A stretch of 64,000 nt of DNA, from assembly GCA_964570665.1 (NCBI GenBank), contig CAZMZH010000003.1, positions 244,701 through 308,700 on the forward strand, given 5' to 3'. A program made the translations under genes and the position numbers. The DNA is from an uncultured Nitrospinota bacterium (GTDB taxonomy: Bacteria; Nitrospinota; Nitrospinia; Nitrospinales; JAJDAT01). A model generated the notes under the pieces. That model was not told where the DNA came from and did not search any database. It saw nothing but the letters and a program-made list of their open reading frames with translations. Positions 36,067 to 44,867 of the stretch are shown here, piece after piece (positions within the stretch are counted from its first letter, which is position 1; each line of letters opens with the position of its first letter).

Positions 36067-36999
36067 ATGCCTTTAATAATCGTCGTTTATATCTTTATTA
36101 GCATTCTAACGCTACCTGTGGCGAGAGTGGCCATGTCGCAGACAATACCCAACAATCAAGCGAAGGCATTGGCCGCGAAGAACTCTACAGAAAATTATTC
36201 GGATATGGCTCGCATTCCTCCGGGAAATTTTTATATGGGATCTTCATTCCAAGAAACTACTAAAAGTTATAATTTATGCAAAAAGTTTGATAAGGGATGC
36301 AAGTTATGGTGGTTCCGCGACGAACGCCCTCGGCATTCGGTTTATTTGAAAGAATACTGGATAGATCGTTACGAAACGACGAATGCGAACTATCTAGAGT
36401 TTGTTCTGGCGACAGGCGGACGCTCTGCGTTAGACGACTCTTGCAAAACCAAAGGTTGTAAAAGCGGCAATTTATGGGATGGCATTTCGTTTCCTCATGT
36501 TATTAAGGATCAGCCGGTTATCCAAGTTAGTTGGCACGATGCGGTCGCTTATTGTCGTTGGCGAGGAAAAAGGCTTCCTACGGAGGCGGAATGGGAAAAG
36601 GCAGCTCGTGGTCCTTCAGGAAAACTGTATCCCTGGGGCAGCGAACCAGTTTCGAAAAATCGCGCTGTTTATAAAAAAAAATGGCAGGGAATCAATACTC
36701 TTGGTTCTGTCGGATCTCGTCCAAAAGGGGCTTCTATTTATGGAGTTCACGATATGGTGGGCAACGCCTGGGAGTGGGTTTCCGACTGGTACCAACTGGA
36801 TTATTATAGAAGTTCTCCCCTGAGAAATCCTCAAGGGCCTCCGGATGGAAAATATAAAATCGTTCGCGGAGGCTCTTGGATCAACAACCCTGATACGCTT
36901 CATGGCGCTTTTCGTCGATGGAGTTTGCCGGAGGTCCGGTTCAACGATACCGGATTCCGCTGCGCTAAGGATTCCCAATATGAAACCGGGACGGACTGA
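36067..36999 (+). CDS. anchored/secreted FGE/SUMF1-domain protein
   Basis: 310 aa with a hydrophobic N-terminus PLIIVVYIFISILTLPVARVA. VSWHDAVAYCRWRGKRLPTEAEWEKAARG, VRGGSWINNPD, TGFRCAKD. Confidence 0.85.
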   Translation: MPLIIVVYIFISILTLPVARVAMSQTIPNNQAKALAAKNSTENYSDMARIPPGNFYMGSSFQETTKSYNLCKKFDKGCKLWWFRDERPRHSVYLKEYWIDRYETTNANYLEFVLATGGRSALDDSCKTKGCKSGNLWDGISFPHVIKDQPVIQVSWHDAVAYCRWRGKRLPTEAEWEKAARGPSGKLYPWGSEPVSKNRAVYKKKWQGINTLGSVGSRPKGASIYGVHDMVGNAWEWVSDWYQLDYYRSSPLRNPQGPPDGKYKIVRGGSWINNPDTLHGAFRRWSLPEVRFNDTGFRCAKDSQYETGTD

Positions 37000-38641
37000 A
37001 GACTTAACCGAACGGGAAAGGGAAATTCTGACGCCTTATTTGACCGACACAGAGGCGACAGTATTTTCTATAAAAAACTTAAACCCCGAAGTAATTGGCG
37101 CCGCTTTAGCCAGATATAGCAGAGCGCCGACCGGTTTTAAAGAAACTATTGTTAGAGAATTTTTGGACGAACAAGGTCGAGCTAACGAGGTAAAGGGTAG
37201 CGAGATGATTGACCGGGTGGTTAATAAATATGGCGATGAATCGGTCGCAGAATTAGCCGTTGCACCATTATGTATTGAAGAAGTTTCGAACCTCATGACT
37301 AAAATCATCGAAGATTGTCGCATTGGAGGTTCTCCCATTGAAGAATCGACACGTTACGTTTTATACGACGTTCCCAAAAATGGGCAATGGCGTTACGTTC
37401 GCCCTGCCAATATTATGGAATCTGGTCTGGGAGCAACGTATGTAAAAACGATGGATTTTATTTTTGACGCCTACGCTTCTATGGTAGATCCAATGAAAGA
37501 ATTGTTTCAGAAACGGCTCCCTGCAGAAGACTTTAAAATAGAAGTTGAAAGGGAAGAGGGAACCCTGACGTTAAAACAGAGCGAATTGATCGACGACAAC
37601 GAACGGCGAGCGCATAGAATTGCCTATGGCTTTACGATTCGAAGCGCTGCATGCGACGTTATACGATGTATATTACCCGCTTCGACAAAGGCAAATCTAG
37701 GGTTGGTTGGAAATGGAAGGTTTTATTCTAATTTAATTTCTAAGTTGTTGTCGCAGGATTTGCGCGAGGCGCAAACGCTTGCCAAGAGTATTAAAGAAGC
37801 CCTTAATCACCAAATACCCACATTCATTAAAAGGGCTGCACAAAACGATTATCAGGTGGGTATAAATCGTAAAATGGAAACGTTAGCAGATTCTCTTTTT
37901 AAGGATGTTGAGATTGATCCGAGCTCGGAAGCGGTTTTATTAGAAGATAAACCAGAGGATTTGGAAATCAATATGCTGGCCTCCATTCTTTTTCCTTATG
38001 CAAAGCATTCGACTGAGCAAATTCGAAGAGTTGTTAAGTCGCTTCCTCAAGAAAAACAGGACGAAATATTCAACACCTATATAGGCGACCGGAAAACCAA
38101 GCGCGATCGTCCCGGTCGAGGTTTAGAATATGGATATCCTATTCAATTTGATTTAATTGCGGGGTTTGCGGAGTATCGAGATTTACAAAGGCATCGAATG
38201 CTCACTCAGCAAAGACAAGATATTGGGATTTCGCTAGGCTATTCTATCCCTGGGGAAATAAACGAAATAGGAAAAAGCGACCTAGTGCAAGAATGCTACG
38301 ATCGTTCCGAAGGCCTATATGGCGATTTGATGCGAGCTGGAATGGTTAAAGAAGCTCAGTATGCTCCTTTATTTAATCATTTTATTCGATGGAATATGGG
38401 AATGAATTTGAGGGAGTTGGGACATTTGGTCGAATTGCGAAGTCAAAAAAGCGGTCATCCTAAGTATCGGCGGTTGGTTCAAAATATGGCTAAGCTCTAC
38501 TTGAAGCGTCACCCTAAGATGGAATCTGTTTTAAGTTTTGTGGATCACAACGATTACGACGATGGGATCGCCCGAGCTGAACAAGAGGCGCGAACTGCTC
38601 GTAAAAGCCTTTCCACAGGAGTTTTTGACGATATTGATTAA
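36980..38641 (+). CDS. long two-lobed ThyX-like (FAD-dependent thymidylate synthase family) protein
   Basis: The track ORF from 36845 lies in an alternate frame of the FGE gene. The first plausible start, ATG 36980, overlaps the FGE stop by 20 nt. ThyX-type strings are split between halves: ALARYSRAP / PIEESTRYV in the first, YRDLQRHRMLTQQRQ in the second. Confidence 0.5.
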   Translation: MKPGRTEDLTEREREILTPYLTDTEATVFSIKNLNPEVIGAALARYSRAPTGFKETIVREFLDEQGRANEVKGSEMIDRVVNKYGDESVAELAVAPLCIEEVSNLMTKIIEDCRIGGSPIEESTRYVLYDVPKNGQWRYVRPANIMESGLGATYVKTMDFIFDAYASMVDPMKELFQKRLPAEDFKIEVEREEGTLTLKQSELIDDNERRAHRIAYGFTIRSAACDVIRCILPASTKANLGLVGNGRFYSNLISKLLSQDLREAQTLAKSIKEALNHQIPTFIKRAAQNDYQVGINRKMETLADSLFKDVEIDPSSEAVLLEDKPEDLEINMLASILFPYAKHSTEQIRRVVKSLPQEKQDEIFNTYIGDRKTKRDRPGRGLEYGYPIQFDLIAGFAEYRDLQRHRMLTQQRQDIGISLGYSIPGEINEIGKSDLVQECYDRSEGLYGDLMRAGMVKEAQYAPLFNHFIRWNMGMNLRELGHLVELRSQKSGHPKYRRLVQNMAKLYLKRHPKMESVLSFVDHNDYDDGIARAEQEARTARKSLSTGVFDDID

Positions 38642-38682
38642 GAAAAAAAATGTTGGCGTTTTAAATAGTTTTATAAAGGAAA

Positions 38683-39585
38683 ATGAATTTGAAGTTGTCT
38701 AAATGGATGGTCTTTTTTATTGTATGCACGATTCTAAGTTTAGCCGATAAAGCTTTTGCCGAGCCAATTCGCGTTTTTGTTAGCATCCTGCCTCAAAAGT
38801 ATTTTGTCGAGAGAATTGGAGGACCTTGGGTTGTAGCGGAAGCGTTGGTAGGCCAAGGACAAAATCCCGCAACATATAATCCCAACCCTAAACAAATGGT
38901 GAGGTTGGCGAAAGCTCCCGCATTTTTCCGAATTGGAGTTCCATTTGAGTCTGTTTGGTCCACTCGTATAATTTCTACAAATACAGATATGGTCATTGTT
39001 GATACCCACAAGGACGTTCCTTTAATAATTATGGAAAACATGTTTGAAACTGAGAGTCCTCATGGCGAGGCTTCAGGACATTCTCATCTTGGAGATGGCA
39101 GAAAAGATCCACATATTTGGACCGATCCCAAGATAGTTAAGGTTGTCGCAAAAAATATTAAAGAAGCGTTAATAGAACTAATTCCAAATCGTAAGGAAAT
39201 TTTTGAACGCAATTACGAAAATTTTGTGAAAGATTTAAACATTTTAGATTTAAAAATTAAAAAAACTTTAAAACCTGTTCAGCAGAGAAAGTTTTTGGTT
39301 TTTCATCCTTCTTGGGGATATTTTGCAAAAGCTTACGGGTTGAGCCAAATTGCCGTAGAAGTTGAAGGCAAAGAACCGGGTTCGCGCTCTCTAGGTAAAA
39401 TATTGCAACTAGGAAAAGAGTTAGGAATCAAAGTGGTTTTTGTGCAAAAACAATTTAGCAAAACTGCTGCGCAAAAAATTGCAGGCGCTTTAGGAGCAAG
39501 GGTCGAAGCTGTAGACCCTGTTGCGGAAGACTATTTGGAAAATCTGTTGGTGGTAGCAAAAACATTTTCTAAGGCGTTAGATTGA
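38683..39585 (+). CDS. metal (Zn/Mn) ABC-transporter substrate-binding protein, ZnuA/TroA family
   Basis: 300 aa with a signal peptide. His-rich loop ESPHGEASGHSHLGDGRKDPHIWTDP, and LVFHPSWGYFAKAYGL. Confidence 0.85.
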   Translation: MNLKLSKWMVFFIVCTILSLADKAFAEPIRVFVSILPQKYFVERIGGPWVVAEALVGQGQNPATYNPNPKQMVRLAKAPAFFRIGVPFESVWSTRIISTNTDMVIVDTHKDVPLIIMENMFETESPHGEASGHSHLGDGRKDPHIWTDPKIVKVVAKNIKEALIELIPNRKEIFERNYENFVKDLNILDLKIKKTLKPVQQRKFLVFHPSWGYFAKAYGLSQIAVEVEGKEPGSRSLGKILQLGKELGIKVVFVQKQFSKTAAQKIAGALGARVEAVDPVAEDYLENLLVVAKTFSKALD

Positions 39586-39640
39586 ACTATAGGAATTAGT
39601 ATAGATATCCCTAAAAAACTTAATAGCCATAATTAACACT

Positions 39641-40267
39641 ATGACCGATTTTGCGGCTACTAACACTGAAAAAGGTTTGGAAAAAGATCCAGAAATAGCT
39701 CTATGGTGGGCGTTTGGTATCAACCTGGCAATGTTTTTTATAGAGCAAGTTTATGGATGGATCGCGGAGTCTCGCGCTTTGTTGGGAGATTCGGTCGATA
39801 TGCTAGGGGATTCCGGTTTTTATTTAATAACTATTCTAGCCATAGGGAAGACGCCTTTATTTGGAGCTAGGGCGGCATACATAAAAGGAGTTTCGATGGC
39901 CTTTTTTTCGCTGCTAGCCTTGGTTTCGGTCGCTTATCGCTTTTTAAATCCTCATATGCCTGACGCTGAAGTTATTGGCGTGGTGGGAGCGTTGGCTTTA
40001 TGCGCGAATTTTATTTGTGCCGCTATTCTAATGAAATTTAGAGACAGAAATATAAATATGAGGTCGGTTTGGTTGTGTACTCGTAACGATGTTATTGCCA
40101 ATGTTGGAGTGCTAATAGCGGCGGCGGGAGTTGCCTTTACAAATTTCCCTTGGCCGGATTTAGCGATTGGAAGTATTATTGGCGGAATAATTTTGAAATC
40201 CTCTTTTCAAATTCTTAGAGAATCTAAAGAAGAAATTAAGCGTTTAACCGAGTATTCACCCATCTAA
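39641..40267 (+). CDS. cation diffusion facilitator-like transporter, membrane domain only
   Basis: 208 aa, 6 TM. TM2 reads LLGDSVDMLGDS and TM5 reads CTRNDVIANVGV, in place of the usual H/D-xxx-D pairs. No cytoplasmic C-terminal domain. Confidence 0.65.
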   Translation: MTDFAATNTEKGLEKDPEIALWWAFGINLAMFFIEQVYGWIAESRALLGDSVDMLGDSGFYLITILAIGKTPLFGARAAYIKGVSMAFFSLLALVSVAYRFLNPHMPDAEVIGVVGALALCANFICAAILMKFRDRNINMRSVWLCTRNDVIANVGVLIAAAGVAFTNFPWPDLAIGSIIGGIILKSSFQILRESKEEIKRLTEYSPI

Positions 40268-40309
40268 TAAAATATCATATCTCATTATTAAACGAGGTTG
40301 AGGTTTGTC

Positions 40310-40654
40310 CTAACCTGGAGGCCATTCCATTGGCCGACCGCCAAGCAAGTGAAGGTGGATATGATATACCGATTGCCCCCCATCCATATTACAATTTATT
40401 ACCGCACGATAGCCGTCTTCGTCGAACCCCATTTCTTTAGCTAAATCTCTAGCGACTATAAACAATTCGCCTATCAAGTCTTTATGTTCGCCTTTTAGAT
40501 CGTTTAAAGTAGTTATTTGCTCTTTCGGAATGATGAGTAGATGTATTGGCGCTTGTGGATTAATATCTTTTATGGCAAAAACCCGCTCATTTTCAAAAAC
40601 AATATCTCCAGGGATTTTTTTGTGAAGAATTTTAGTGAAAAGACTTTCGGACAT
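40310..40654 (-). CDS. HIT-family (histidine triad) nucleotide-binding protein
   Basis: 114 aa with the histidine triad SVYHIHLHLLGG. Confidence 0.9.
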   Translation of the reverse strand: MSESLFTKILHKKIPGDIVFENERVFAIKDINPQAPIHLLIIPKEQITTLNDLKGEHKDLIGELFIVARDLAKEMGFDEDGYRAVINCNMDGGQSVYHIHLHLLGGRPMEWPPG

Positions 40655-40820
40655 GAGGTCTCCTTAAAAATCGCGGTCGGTTTTGGTGAATTTAAGGAAG
40701 CTTTCGATGATTTTATTTACGACGAAGCCAATCCTTATTTTCAAGGGTTGGGGAATCAAAATTTTATTAAAATTTACTTTGATTGAAGTTCCCTTGAAAT
40801 GTTTCAGATCATGATTTAAC

Positions 40821-40861
40821 AGAAAAAATAACCGTTTTGCAAGAAGGCGTTATAAAACGGT
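40821..40861 (-). terminator. rho-independent terminator of the DUF2779-like gene
   Basis: Stem ACCGTTTT (40831-40838) / AAAACGGT (40854-40861). On the minus strand a run of 6 T follows within 2 nt (A-run 40823-40828 on +). It lies 28 nt after the stop. Confidence 0.6.
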
Positions 40862-40889
40862 AATGGTTTTTCTTTTAAGGTAGGCTGAT

Positions 40890-42404
40890 TTATTTTGTTT
40901 TTTGGGGAGTTAGAGGTGGAAATAAATTATTTAAATATTGCCAAATTTTGACCATAGCCAAAGTATCTAATTTGCAATAATCCAATAAATCTTGGCGAAT
41001 TTTATCCCTTTCAATGTCGTTACAGCGTCCAAAAAAATTAAAAAAAGCTCCCATTGCCATCATTCCATTGTTTATATTCAGGTTTTTGTAAGCCTTTTCC
41101 ATTTCTGGAATCAACACGGGTAAAATGGATTTGATCGAAGATTTACCTTTCATTTTTGGATCGTATACGTATTTTTTATTGAAGGGTTCAATGAGGTCGA
41201 CTAATTGGTTGTTAATATTTTTTAACTGTTTTTCCATTTGTGGAAACCGTAGCGCTAGCTCTTTTATTATTTTTTTTTCTAAAGCGGCGTTGTAAACCAA
41301 GACGCATGCGTTTTCAGGAATTGAGTTTATTAAAGCAGTTGCAAAGCCTAATCTTGGGTCGCAATCGTTTTCTGCAATAAATTCTTTATGTTGGAGTTTT
41401 CCTTCTTTTGTTTCTAAAAAGTGAAGCGAAAATTGAACGGGTAAGAATTCAAAGGGATTGTCTCCTTGATAGAGTGGGAAGGATGGTTGCAGAGCTTCAA
41501 AATCTAAAAAATAAAGCGGGAAAGTTAATTTTTTAAGAAACTTTTCAATGGCCTTTTCATTTAGAAACCGCGTGTTGGTCTCTTCCGAATGCTTTTGTAT
41601 TTTTTGATATTCGTTTAGCGGATAGTCTTCGGGGATTTCTTTCGATTCCGTAATGCCGCTTAAATAGAGCTCGACTTTTTTTGCGGTTGCCAATCGAGTT
41701 AGATCAAATATTGATATCTCGGGAACTGCCGACCAACAATAATCTCTAAATTCACATTCGTGAGGCTGCAGGCAATGCGCTCCAATATCTATTTCTGGAA
41801 TTTGTTCGTCTAAAGTATTGTTTAGAGAATCAAATTGCTTATCTAATTTAGGTTGAAGGTTTAGCGATGAATCCGTTAAGTCTATTTCAATAAAAAAATC
41901 ATTTAGGTCTAAACTATCATTTAAAACATAACTCGTATTAACGTGCAAAAGGTCCACTGAACAAAGGGATAAACCATTTGACCTAAGAATGTTCCATTGC
42001 AAAGCTGCTTCTCTTATGTGTTTTCGCTTTTTTTTAGAAGCGCTTTTTACTATAAAAAGTTGCCAATCGTCGTTTGGTCTGCGTTTGAGAATATCGACGG
42101 AAATTAGGACTCCGTTGCGCACAAAATGCCCATTGTAGATTACGGGATTTTTGTCTTGAACGGCTTGGAGAGTTTTGGATATTTTTTGTGCGGTATTGCC
42201 GGTAATTTCTTCGCCTGCGGGGAATAGTTCCCTAGCTTTTAACGAGACTTCTTTAGCGGAAATTTGAAAAACGTCGCGATCTTCTGGTCGCGACGTTTTT
42301 AATTCTGGGTGAGACCAAAAGAGCTTCCATGCTTTTGAACATCTAGTTCCTCTAAAAAATTCGGACTTCGAGAGAAAGCGATTTCTCTTAAGAGAAGAGC
42401 TCAT
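40890..42404 (-). CDS. DUF2779-like protein (RecB/Cas4-like nuclease N-domain + exonuclease-like C-domain)
   Basis: 504 aa. The N-terminal LSKSEFFRGTRCSKAWKLFW is typical of DUF2779 proteins. Cys cluster CLQPHECEFRDYC. C-terminal LLDYCKLDTLAMVKIWQYL. Confidence 0.6.
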   Translation of the reverse strand: MSSSLKRNRFLSKSEFFRGTRCSKAWKLFWSHPELKTSRPEDRDVFQISAKEVSLKARELFPAGEEITGNTAQKISKTLQAVQDKNPVIYNGHFVRNGVLISVDILKRRPNDDWQLFIVKSASKKKRKHIREAALQWNILRSNGLSLCSVDLLHVNTSYVLNDSLDLNDFFIEIDLTDSSLNLQPKLDKQFDSLNNTLDEQIPEIDIGAHCLQPHECEFRDYCWSAVPEISIFDLTRLATAKKVELYLSGITESKEIPEDYPLNEYQKIQKHSEETNTRFLNEKAIEKFLKKLTFPLYFLDFEALQPSFPLYQGDNPFEFLPVQFSLHFLETKEGKLQHKEFIAENDCDPRLGFATALINSIPENACVLVYNAALEKKIIKELALRFPQMEKQLKNINNQLVDLIEPFNKKYVYDPKMKGKSSIKSILPVLIPEMEKAYKNLNINNGMMAMGAFFNFFGRCNDIERDKIRQDLLDYCKLDTLAMVKIWQYLNNLFPPLTPQKTK

Positions 42405-42437
42405 TGATCATATTGGGTTCTAGATTGAGATAGGCAA

Positions 42438-43295
42438 TTAATGCTCATGCCCTTCCCAAACTTCTTGGATAATCGCATAGGACCGGTGAGTTAAATGGCA
42501 TCTTTTACAAGATTGTTTGCCAATGATTCCTATATTTTTCCAGAACACGCCTGGGTTTGGTTTGCTTTTGACCAATTCGGTTTGGATGGAATCGAGCGCT
42601 GCCGTCACACTTGACCCTACAAAAAAGTTTTTTACCGAATCGTCTACATGGCATTTAGAACAAACCGATTTAAAGCCTTGTATACGGCTTTTTAGGTTTT
42701 TAGCCGCTTTTAATGAACGATCATATTGTCCATCGCCAAAATCAGTCATTAGCGTATTAAACGAGCCTGCAAGTTTCCACATGTATTTTCCGTATTTCAG
42801 TTCTTCTTCTGATACTGGATCGGAGATTTTAATTTTGTGGACTGATGGCCAAGAATATCGAGTCCAAACGGCGACATAGTTTTCTTTATGACATTTTCCA
42901 CATGTTTTTCCAACAGGGCCAACCGTTTTCCATATTTTTCCAGGGTCTCTTGTTTTAACAGTTTCAGCAAATTTTTTGACTGCGTCGTTGTCGAAGTAAT
43001 CTTTCCATTCTGGAACTAGCTTAGAAGTTTCTTCGTAAGCTTCCACAAAACGACCCGCGCTTTTTTCGGCATTTTCCCAATCGTTTTCGCGTACATTTAC
43101 TAAAACGCCGTTAAATGTACCGGAAACTTTGTGCATTTGATTAATCCATTTTGGTTCTTTACTGAGAGGAGGATATAGCTTATCAAGCGATTTAGGGGGT
43201 TCTTTAACTATATAATCATCTGCGAATGAAGCCGAAGGAATTAAGATGCCTATTAATAGGAATAAAATTAAAGTAGGTTTAAGTGGTTTGATCAT
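42438..43295 (-). CDS. periplasmic tri-haem c-type cytochrome
   Basis: 285 aa with signal peptide LILFLLIGILIPSASFA. Three CxxCH motifs: CGKCH, CSKCH, CKRCH. Confidence 0.8.
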   Translation of the reverse strand: MIKPLKPTLILFLLIGILIPSASFADDYIVKEPPKSLDKLYPPLSKEPKWINQMHKVSGTFNGVLVNVRENDWENAEKSAGRFVEAYEETSKLVPEWKDYFDNDAVKKFAETVKTRDPGKIWKTVGPVGKTCGKCHKENYVAVWTRYSWPSVHKIKISDPVSEEELKYGKYMWKLAGSFNTLMTDFGDGQYDRSLKAAKNLKSRIQGFKSVCSKCHVDDSVKNFFVGSSVTAALDSIQTELVKSKPNPGVFWKNIGIIGKQSCKRCHLTHRSYAIIQEVWEGHEH

Positions 43296-43516
43296 AACAG
43301 CTCCAATTTTTCCATGGATTATAATTGAGATCGAGTATATTCAATAGATGAAGTAGAATAGTAGGATAAAGAAGTCGGTCGCGTTGGATGCTAATAGCAT
43401 TACCAAAGAAAACTATCTAAATTGATAATCACTAAAGATAAGTCACTTCGTGGGATTATCATATGAGGATTGTTGTGGAAATTAGATTTAAGTTGCGAAG
43501 CAATCTCTATAAAGCT

Positions 43517-44725
43517 TTATGACAAGTTATCGGCGATGTGTTCTACGATAGATTGAAGTCTGGATTTAAAATCGTTTTCATCAATAGGTTGAACCCTGAA
43601 AGAAACGGCTCCTGGGTGGCCGCCTCCCCCCATATAGCCATCGTCTGGAAATAATTCTTTAATTTTTTCTTCAGATTTCCGGAGATCGAAGCCTGAATAA
43701 TCGATGGCTCGACGAATTTTCATAAAAATGCAATCTTTCCCTTCCGCATTTTGCCCATGAAAGTATACGATTCCAACTTTCCCAGAATGTTCAGGAACAG
43801 TATTCAGTAAGAATCCTCTGACTTCGTTAAACCATTCTGAATCATAGGGAGGGCTAATTTCTTTAACATTTTCGTAGGTAGACTTTAAAATATTTAGACT
43901 AGCGACTCCGCCATTCAGATCGACAGTTTTCATCAAGGTATCCAAGCAAAGCTGCTTTGCCTCGTCCAAACGATTCATGTATTTTAGGACATGATCTGGA
44001 GAACCAAACTTTTGCTTTTGCTTGTCGGCAAAGCGTTCTTCATCCCCAGCCCGCCATCGTGTTACGCTTCCAAGGGAACCCCCTAAAGTATCCATCCAAT
44101 ACTTGAAATCCTCTTCGAACGGCACAACCTTTCCGCCTAATGTGTCCCCCAAAAGTCCAGTTATTAAGGCGATCAAAATATTTCTTTGAAAGAATGGGTT
44201 AGGAAAGTCTGGATTGACTTCTTTTAAGTTAGATAATAATTCGGCAATAATTTCTGTATTGGCGTTGGCATTTCTAAAAAGCTTGATGCCATAGTCCGTC
44301 ATTTCTTCGCTATCAGCGCCAAAATGATGATCTATTTCTATTACTGGGGGAGATTTAGAAAGAATCTCCTCCGAGATAGTGGGATAAAAAGGGACGAGTT
44401 TGGTATTTGCAGTATCAAAAAAAATAACCGATTGGATCTCATCTTTTATTTTTTTTATTGAATCTACGTTTCTAACTACTTTAAGAGAGTTGTATTCAAT
44501 AATATTTTCAAAAAAATCAACGCCTTCCCCAAGGGTTTCGGACATAACGATATAAACTTTTTTCCCTAAATGATTAAAGTATAGGGAAAGAGCAAGCATT
44601 GAGCCAACAGAATCAGGGTCTAAGTCGGCACAAAAAATAAAGTTTTGATTCTTTTGAATTAAATCAATTGCTTGTTTTAAATTCGCATCCCATGTTTTGC
44701 CATCTATGGGGGCTTTTTCCTTCAT
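43517..44725 (-). CDS. DHH/DHHA1 phosphoesterase (NrnA-like)
   Basis: 402 aa containing CADLDPDSVGS, EIDHHFG and the DHHA1 motif GGGGHPGAVSF. Confidence 0.8.
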   Translation of the reverse strand: MKEKAPIDGKTWDANLKQAIDLIQKNQNFIFCADLDPDSVGSMLALSLYFNHLGKKVYIVMSETLGEGVDFFENIIEYNSLKVVRNVDSIKKIKDEIQSVIFFDTANTKLVPFYPTISEEILSKSPPVIEIDHHFGADSEEMTDYGIKLFRNANANTEIIAELLSNLKEVNPDFPNPFFQRNILIALITGLLGDTLGGKVVPFEEDFKYWMDTLGGSLGSVTRWRAGDEERFADKQKQKFGSPDHVLKYMNRLDEAKQLCLDTLMKTVDLNGGVASLNILKSTYENVKEISPPYDSEWFNEVRGFLLNTVPEHSGKVGIVYFHGQNAEGKDCIFMKIRRAIDYSGFDLRKSEEKIKELFPDDGYMGGGGHPGAVSFRVQPIDENDFKSRLQSIVEHIADNLS

Positions 44726-44867
44726 AAGGGGCTTTCCATTTTTTTTTTGTAACAGTTTGGATTTAAAGGAATTATACCGAAAACTTAAAAGAGTGTCAAT
44801 AATTCGATGTACATTCTTTTATTGAAAAAATTGTATGTTTTTATGCACATCTGGGGATAAATTAAGA

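Noticed and set aside
36479-36978. ORFs 36479..36823 (+), 36616..36978 (-) and the first 45 codons of track ORF 36845..38641
   Set aside because: They overlap the well-supported FGE-domain frame. The ThyX-like protein most plausibly starts at ATG 36980.
3342-36999. Diversity-generating retroelement (DGR) hypothesis, since FGE-fold and DUF1566 proteins are classic DGR targets
   Set aside because: No reverse transcriptase or Avd-like ORF is present in the window. I found no template/variable repeat pair matching any of the four C-terminal regions. Those C-termini are not Asn (AAC)-rich as DGR variable regions are.
38642-38682. Zur box upstream of the ZnuA-like gene
   Set aside because: The 41-nt spacer is AT-rich but contains no recognisable inverted repeat.
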